Below, one piece after another: positions 58,535 through 64,000 of a stretch of 64,000 nt of DNA. The position numbers and the translations under genes were made by a program. The notes beneath the pieces are model-generated. The model made no database searches. It saw only the letters and a list, made by a program, of their open reading frames with translations, and had not been told where the DNA came from. The DNA comes from a virus. The stretch lies in the UHGV virus genome UHGV-0312702. One strand, written 5' to 3'. The number at the start of each line of letters is the position of its first letter. Position 1 is the first letter of the stretch.

Positions 58535-60740
58535 CTTGCAGTGCAGACTTACCTACACCGATGCGACTGTTAAGGTAGTACATGGTTTTCATACCTACCG
58601 AGTTGGCATAAATCATGTACTTCAAAGCTTGAGCCAATGATACCTTCTTAGACTTTGCATAGTCAACATAGAAGTCTGAAGAGATAGCTTGACCAGTGAA
58701 CTTTTGAACAATTGCATAACAATCAATCAGGTCAAAGGTGTCAATGCCCCAAGCAATTTCATATACATACTTCAACTCTTCATAATCTGGAACAATAAAT
58801 AGTACGTTACCAGTTGCAGACTTTTTAGTTAAAATAAAGTCACGAATTGGGTACAAACCATTAGTCGTATTAGTTGCCAGTGAAGAACTCTCATTAGGCA
58901 TATAAGCCTCAAGTACAGAGTTACGGATTCCACCGTTCTCTTTAATACGTTGTGCTAAGTCATCCCAATCATATCTTAGTTTTGCATCATGCTTCTCATC
59001 AATCTTCTTGTTAGCTGTCTTTGGAGGAACCCAGCCTTCAGGATACTTAGTGAACTTCATATACTCAGGCACGCCACGCTCTTTAGCAAGTCTTAAAGAA
59101 GCTTCGTGTAAGTAGTAAGAGTGCATCTCAGCAAGCTCATGAAGCTTTGTCTTACCTGCTCTTGAAGAGTAGTTCACGTAGTTTTTCGCAAGGTAATGAG
59201 CCACATTTGTAAGGCCAATCCCAACAGAACGACGCTTCTGAACATGGTTACGCATCGACGGATACGGATAATCCATAAGGTCAATAACGGAGTCAACCAT
59301 TGCAAGAGCATAATAAGCAACGTCAGCGTATTCATCTTCTGAAATTCTCCCTGCAACCAAACTAGCTAGGAAGCAAAGAGCTACCTCACCATCCTCTTTC
59401 ACAGCATCGTCTCTGTAGAGGTCTGTCTCTTTCTCAAACCCATACACTGGCAATACGATTTCCATACAAAGGTTTGACATCTTCAAAGGCTCTTTAAATG
59501 GTGTATGTGTATTTGCATTATTCGTGAAGAATGGATACACACGACCTGTTGCATAACGCTGTTGAATAAACAGTTTAGCAATTTCACGAGCCTTTACTCT
59601 TCTGTGCTTAACACCTGAATGAACTGCGTGACCAACAGCCATAGCAAACTCATCAGCAGATGCTGTGTAGAACATGTCATAGAGCTTTGGTGCATCCTTG
59701 TAAGAGAATAGCAACCAGTCTGTATCGTACTGGACACACTGCCAGAAATAATCGTTTGTACCGAATGAGTAGTCCATCTCGTTAATACGCTTAGAAGGAA
59801 CCGTTGTAGGGTGCTTCAAACGCAGTAAATCTTCAATCTGCGGGTCTAGAGCAGTGTAGAAGTTGTTAGCTGAACCACCACGACTCTTCTGTTTATTTGC
59901 CTCTACAGATGAACGTACAAGCTTGTAATAAGGTAACTTACCCATATGCTCAATAGTATTTTGACGGATACCATCACCAATAGTGCGAGTCTCCATCAGC
60001 ATACCAATACCAGCTTGCTTTGTAGTCATGTCATAAGCAACCTTTGCAGCAATACCAAGTGATTCGGCAGTATCATTCGCCTTAATTAAACAGCATGACG
60101 CATAACCTGATTTAGTGGCTCTTAAACCATTCAGATAAGGTGTAGGAGCGTTAATCTTCAGGTCAGATAGGTAAGTGTACAGCTTGATAACATCTTGCAG
60201 TCTACGGTGCTTTGGTTGCTTCTCAAAGGCTTTCATAGCCATACCCATAAACATAAATTGTGGTGACTCAAAAAGTCTTCCCGTTTTAATATCACGGATA
60301 CCATACTTGTCTCTGAACTGTTTCAATACTGCATAACCGTAAGAGATATCTTTTGAGTGCACAATGTAACCTTGCAGGTATTCAAGCTCTTCCTGTGAAT
60401 AATCCATTTTCTCCCAAAGTCCTGCTCTCTCCATATTTTTAACGAAGGTAACCAGCGTAGGAACCTTAGTAAAGCCTCCAAAGGCTTCTTTGTAGATAAT
60501 CCCTAGAAGTAGCCGTCCAGCCATGTCTGAGTACTCTTGAGTTTGTTTATCAACACAAACATCAATCATGGCTTGGTGCATCTCTTTTGTAGTGCAACCC
60601 TCATAGACACGTTTCATGGCTTCCATAGTGACTTCTGACCAGATAATTCCACGCTTGTCTGCCCATGATGCCCACTTATTCAGTCTTTCTGGGTCAAAGC
60701 TTACTACTGTACCGTTTGATTTTTTAATTGTCTTAATCAT
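58506..60740 (-). CDS. nrdA: ribonucleotide reductase class I large subunit, 744 aa
   Basis: Active-site motif SNLCMEI; size and adjacency to nrdB. Confidence 0.85.
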   Translation of the reverse strand: MIKTIKKSNGTVVSFDPERLNKWASWADKRGIIWSEVTMEAMKRVYEGCTTKEMHQAMIDVCVDKQTQEYSDMAGRLLLGIIYKEAFGGFTKVPTLVTFVKNMERAGLWEKMDYSQEELEYLQGYIVHSKDISYGYAVLKQFRDKYGIRDIKTGRLFESPQFMFMGMAMKAFEKQPKHRRLQDVIKLYTYLSDLKINAPTPYLNGLRATKSGYASCCLIKANDTAESLGIAAKVAYDMTTKQAGIGMLMETRTIGDGIRQNTIEHMGKLPYYKLVRSSVEANKQKSRGGSANNFYTALDPQIEDLLRLKHPTTVPSKRINEMDYSFGTNDYFWQCVQYDTDWLLFSYKDAPKLYDMFYTASADEFAMAVGHAVHSGVKHRRVKAREIAKLFIQQRYATGRVYPFFTNNANTHTPFKEPLKMSNLCMEIVLPVYGFEKETDLYRDDAVKEDGEVALCFLASLVAGRISEDEYADVAYYALAMVDSVIDLMDYPYPSMRNHVQKRRSVGIGLTNVAHYLAKNYVNYSSRAGKTKLHELAEMHSYYLHEASLRLAKERGVPEYMKFTKYPEGWVPPKTANKKIDEKHDAKLRYDWDDLAQRIKENGGIRNSVLEAYMPNESSSLATNTTNGLYPIRDFILTKKSATGNVLFIVPDYEELKYVYEIAWGIDTFDLIDCYAIVQKFTGQAISSDFYVDYAKSKKVSLAQALKYMIYANSVGMKTMYYLNSRIGVGKSALQDAYCEGCGV

Positions 60741-60786
60741 TTTTGAATCCTACAGATGAAAAGAGCCTCCGAAGAGGCTCCCTAGT

Positions 60787-61122
60787 TTAAATCTTGAAAA
60801 TTTGCTCATTCTGCCACATATCGTAAAACTTATCACTTACCTTTGTGACTGAAGAGGTGTGCATACAGTTCAGGAACCATGATGGCGCACTAGCATCCAT
60901 AATTGTTTCAAGTTTTTGTGTAACGTTCACATCCATGTCTGCAACAACGTAATTACCTCTCATCTTGCAAACAATTCTTCCAAACAAGATTGCACTTCTA
61001 CCTCTTCGGTCATCACAGTACATAACTGTGTCTCCGTGCTTAACATCTTGTCCGATGCTATCAACACCTAACTTAGCACCTGAGATAATGTCATCATAAG
61101 ATAGCTTTTTTGCTTTAGACAC
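60787..61122 (-). CDS. hypothetical protein, 111 aa
   Basis: ORF. Confidence 0.4.
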   Translation of the reverse strand: MSKAKKLSYDDIISGAKLGVDSIGQDVKHGDTVMYCDDRRGRSAILFGRIVCKMRGNYVVADMDVNVTQKLETIMDASAPSWFLNCMHTSSVTKVSDKFYDMWQNEQIFKI

Positions 61123-61447
61123 GGTATTTCTCCAAGTTTCTTTTCAGATACAGCCAACCATAATCAGTCCTTTCTACACCCATAAAGAGTGGAGCCATCA
61201 CAACTTTACCAAAAGTATTTCTGTGTTGGCAGATTTCAAAAGAATACTCTTTCTCAATATCAATCCCGTATTTGTACAGGACTGCTTTTAAAACTTGTTC
61301 ATTGTCCAGAAGTGTATCTGGAGTCTCACCATATTTTTCTAGTAACGGGTCATTCATAAACACCGTCATAGAGATATTGTAGTTTGAGAAGTGGCTCTTC
61401 TGAGCCACACCTTCTTTATTAATGTTCTGTGAATCCATTATAACCAA
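61115..61447 (-). CDS. hypothetical protein, 110 aa
   Basis: ORF. Confidence 0.4.
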   Translation of the reverse strand: MVIMDSQNINKEGVAQKSHFSNYNISMTVFMNDPLLEKYGETPDTLLDNEQVLKAVLYKYGIDIEKEYSFEICQHRNTFGKVVMAPLFMGVERTDYGWLYLKRNLEKYRV

Positions 61448-62174
61448 CCCCTTTTAACCAGCACTTCAGGTTATTAGCATCATAATTCAGTTTCGGGTAT
61501 GAGGTTACATGGAACTGCTCACCATCATAGTAGACAATATCTGCAATCCATAGTCCGTTCTCTTTACAGAAGTCTTTATCTGCTTTAGAGGTGATTGGAT
61601 TAACTTCTACAAAACCATCTACACCCAAATCCTTTAAGCTACCTACAATACCTTTGCAGATAACGCATGTCTCAGATACTACCACAAAAAGTTCTTGGCT
61701 TTCAAGCTCTACAATGTATTCACCAAGCTGTACTTTAGGGAGATTCGATTGCTTCATAATCTTCCCATCGGCTGCACGAACAATGGCATACCATTCTTTA
61801 CCGTCAACAACTGACATTCTGACAATACAATCTTGACCAGTGCGCTTCTCAATATCTGCAAGACGTTTTAAAGCTTCTTCATAGTCATCTGTGTACTTCA
61901 GGTCATTATTATGGCAAACAGCTTCCATAGCACCGTTGTGGTCATGTTGTGACAGGTAAATCAAACCGTCAAGAACATATTGCAAATCTGCCTGAGCATC
62001 CAGTGTCTCAATGGGGTCTTTCTCTTCAATTGCTTTTACAAGCTCTTTTGCTTCTTCAAGCATACACAGAGATTGAGATTTCAAAGACTCCCAATACTCA
62101 TCACTGTAGGGTTGCTTTTGAGTGTTTCCACAACGAAGATTCCAGTTTTTTACTGATTCTCTTGAGTTAAACAT
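61419..62174 (-). CDS. hypothetical protein, 251 aa (N-terminal region weakly MazG-like)
   Basis: ORF; acidic helical N-terminus LEEAKELVKAIEEKDPIETLDAQADLQYVLDGLIYL; assignment tentative. Confidence 0.35.
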   Translation of the reverse strand: MFNSRESVKNWNLRCGNTQKQPYSDEYWESLKSQSLCMLEEAKELVKAIEEKDPIETLDAQADLQYVLDGLIYLSQHDHNGAMEAVCHNNDLKYTDDYEEALKRLADIEKRTGQDCIVRMSVVDGKEWYAIVRAADGKIMKQSNLPKVQLGEYIVELESQELFVVVSETCVICKGIVGSLKDLGVDGFVEVNPITSKADKDFCKENGLWIADIVYYDGEQFHVTSYPKLNYDANNLKCWLKGVGYNGFTEH

Positions 62175-62413
62175 TCGGACTCCTTAAAATATCTGTTAAC
62201 CTTTAGCTCTCGTGTTTCAATATATTCCAGATGCTCACGTAGCTCTTGACGTTTAAGCATTAGGTGCTGCATTTGGGATTCAACAGCTTCAACTTCTTTA
62301 ATTATTGACTCTCTAGCATTTGCAAGAATGCGCTCAAGTTCTTCAATCTTACTGTCAACTTTTGCTACATGGCTCACAGCTTTGCTTTTGTTAAACATTT
62401 TATTCTCTCTCAA
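62150..62413 (-). CDS. hypothetical coiled-coil protein, 87 aa
   Basis: ORF. Confidence 0.4.
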   Translation of the reverse strand: MRENKMFNKSKAVSHVAKVDSKIEELERILANARESIIKEVEAVESQMQHLMLKRQELREHLEYIETRELKVNRYFKESECLTQENQ

Positions 62414-62419
62414 TAGTTA

Positions 62420-62917
62420 TCAAGCACAGTTTGCTTTCATTACCTTATGGATTCTTTTTTCAGCATCTTCATAAGTTTCTTTAGTAATAAACTTAATTGC
62501 TGCAATATTGGCATTGTAGAAGAGTCTGAGCTTAGAGTCAATCCTTTTTGTCATTACATCGAATTTATGTTGGAGGTTTGCTTCACCATAAACTAGACCA
62601 CCTTTTGTGTAGTAGGTCTGAATAATGTAAAAGTCAAAAAATTCTTTTCCAAAACTCTCAATATCTTTTTTAATATACTCAGAAGAAGTCTCATAAGTCA
62701 TCCAATCACTCTCCTTAGTGACTACCTTCTTCCGAGTCTTGCCAGCAACCTTTCTTTTAGTCACACTATTAAGCTGTTTCTTTCCAATATAATATTGTCC
62801 GGTTTTCTTACAGTGTACTAAATAGACAAAGCCAAAATGTTTAGTGGGGTCAACTTCCCCACATAAAGATACCCAATGACCATAGGTAGGGCAATTGCCA
62901 AATCCTTTAATCTTCAT
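62420..62917 (-). CDS. GIY-YIG-like homing endonuclease, 165 aa
   Basis: FVYLVHCKKTGQYYIGKK has the GIY-(10 aa)-YIG spacing, followed by a conserved Arg. Confidence 0.45.
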   Translation of the reverse strand: MKIKGFGNCPTYGHWVSLCGEVDPTKHFGFVYLVHCKKTGQYYIGKKQLNSVTKRKVAGKTRKKVVTKESDWMTYETSSEYIKKDIESFGKEFFDFYIIQTYYTKGGLVYGEANLQHKFDVMTKRIDSKLRLFYNANIAAIKFITKETYEDAEKRIHKVMKANCA

Positions 62918-63947
62918 TCATACACGGCTCCCAATTATATTTCTTAAAAGAGAAATTATCTTTTGGATTTCTCTCTTGATATGCTATCCAGAAATGCTGT
63001 TCCATTAGTTCTAACGGTGTCTTTGTAACAGTCTGTCCATCCCATGACACATAGGTGTAAGAGTCTTTTTTAGCATAGAGTTCATAGATAGCATCAAGAC
63101 ACTCTTTGTAGGTTTCTTTACCATCTAAAGCATTCATCACAGCTACTTTTCCAGCACCTTTAAGGCCGAAGTAGTTGTCTGCATTATCCCCAGCAACAGC
63201 CTGATAACACAAGAATTTAAAACCTACACCGACTGTTTTTGCAGCTTTTGGCTTTGATTTAATAGGGCAATCCCAGATATCACCAACATTATTATCAGCA
63301 ATAAAAATCAGTGGTGCCTTTTCATAAGTCATATCAATACAATAAGTTCCTTCAGCTTGTCGAAGGTCTTTATCAATACTCATAAGAGCAGCCTTCTTAC
63401 CCATCTTTTCAGCTTTAGCAATTACGATGGAATCGGCTTCGAAGCCTCCCTTTAAGAGCTTGAACTCTGGCCTAGATAGGAGATATTCACGACAAGCAAC
63501 TAAGTGTGTTGGTGTGACAGCATCTTTACGGTTACCTTGATATTGGTGCTCAAGACCTTTAATGTCTTTATGTTTATGTACACCCTTCTCTGTTAAATAA
63601 CCTACCCAAGTTCTTTCTTTACCAACAACCTTAAGCCATTCCTGAAGAACCTGCTGAGTAGCCATGATAGCTTCTTTTTCACTCTTAGCTTCTTTCCAAG
63701 TCTGTCTTTCCCATTCATCTTCATCAAATGTCAGGCCAAGTTCTTCCACAAGGATTCTCTGGTCTGCTAACCATCTTGCGGCATCTTTTGCATTATCAAA
63801 TGGCTCAGATTCTTCTGCTGTAAGTTTATTCACATACTTATACTTTGCCTTTTCAACTACACAAGCACCTTTATAGGCAATACTGTCAGAGTCAATAAAG
63901 ACATGTGTAACTGAATCAGGAAGTTTTGTTAGTGTATACTGCTCCAT
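62907..63947 (-). CDS. RNase H-like 5'-3' exonuclease (FEN family), 346 aa
   Basis: Acidic motifs FIDSDSIAYK, EADSIV, MSIDKDL in the order of T4 RNase H-type nucleases; tentative. Confidence 0.5.
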   Translation of the reverse strand: MEQYTLTKLPDSVTHVFIDSDSIAYKGACVVEKAKYKYVNKLTAEESEPFDNAKDAARWLADQRILVEELGLTFDEDEWERQTWKEAKSEKEAIMATQQVLQEWLKVVGKERTWVGYLTEKGVHKHKDIKGLEHQYQGNRKDAVTPTHLVACREYLLSRPEFKLLKGGFEADSIVIAKAEKMGKKAALMSIDKDLRQAEGTYCIDMTYEKAPLIFIADNNVGDIWDCPIKSKPKAAKTVGVGFKFLCYQAVAGDNADNYFGLKGAGKVAVMNALDGKETYKECLDAIYELYAKKDSYTYVSWDGQTVTKTPLELMEQHFWIAYQERNPKDNFSFKKYNWEPCMNED

Positions 63948-64000
63948 TATGACTCTCCATATGAAAAAGCCCCATACTAAGTACAGGGCTTTAAAGTAAC

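Overview
This 64-kb window looks like part of a large, AT-rich virulent tailed-phage genome with a myovirus-type late module; all calls rest on reading the sequence and motif recognition, with no database search run. Coding is on the - strand except for a 7-kb + strand block at 24.5-31.7 kb. From the left: (1) a structural module running off the window start (baseplate proteins, tape measure, tail tube, sheath, major capsid, S49-type prohead protease/scaffold, portal, terminase large subunit); (2) a 5.6-kb tRNA island at 16.6-22.2 kb with 27 tRNA genes covering all 20 amino acids, interrupted by protein genes, an HNH endonuclease and repeated structured non-tRNA spacers; (3) directly beside it a Ro60/Rsr-like TROVE-vWA protein gene; (4) + strand small genes ending in an Ig-like-repeat protein and a GH24 endolysin; (5) a 1.6-kb ORF-free, iteron-rich region between convergent terminators; (6) about 17 small - strand genes that each carry a near-identical 5' leader cassette; (7) a macro-domain protein, an overlapping spanin pair, a lytic transglycosylase, a HAD phosphatase, rIIB and rIIA; (8) a nucleotide/NAD module (Nampt-like, Prs-like, NrdG, NrdD, glutaredoxin-like, NrdB, NrdA, homing-endonuclease-like genes, RNase H-like nuclease). 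The best candidates for an undescribed system are the Rsr-like gene with the bounded structured RNA units in the tRNA island, the unusual class-I leucine tRNAs, the iteron region, and the Prs-like/Nampt-like pair. Coordinates of tRNAs are hand-folded and may be off by 1-3 nt.
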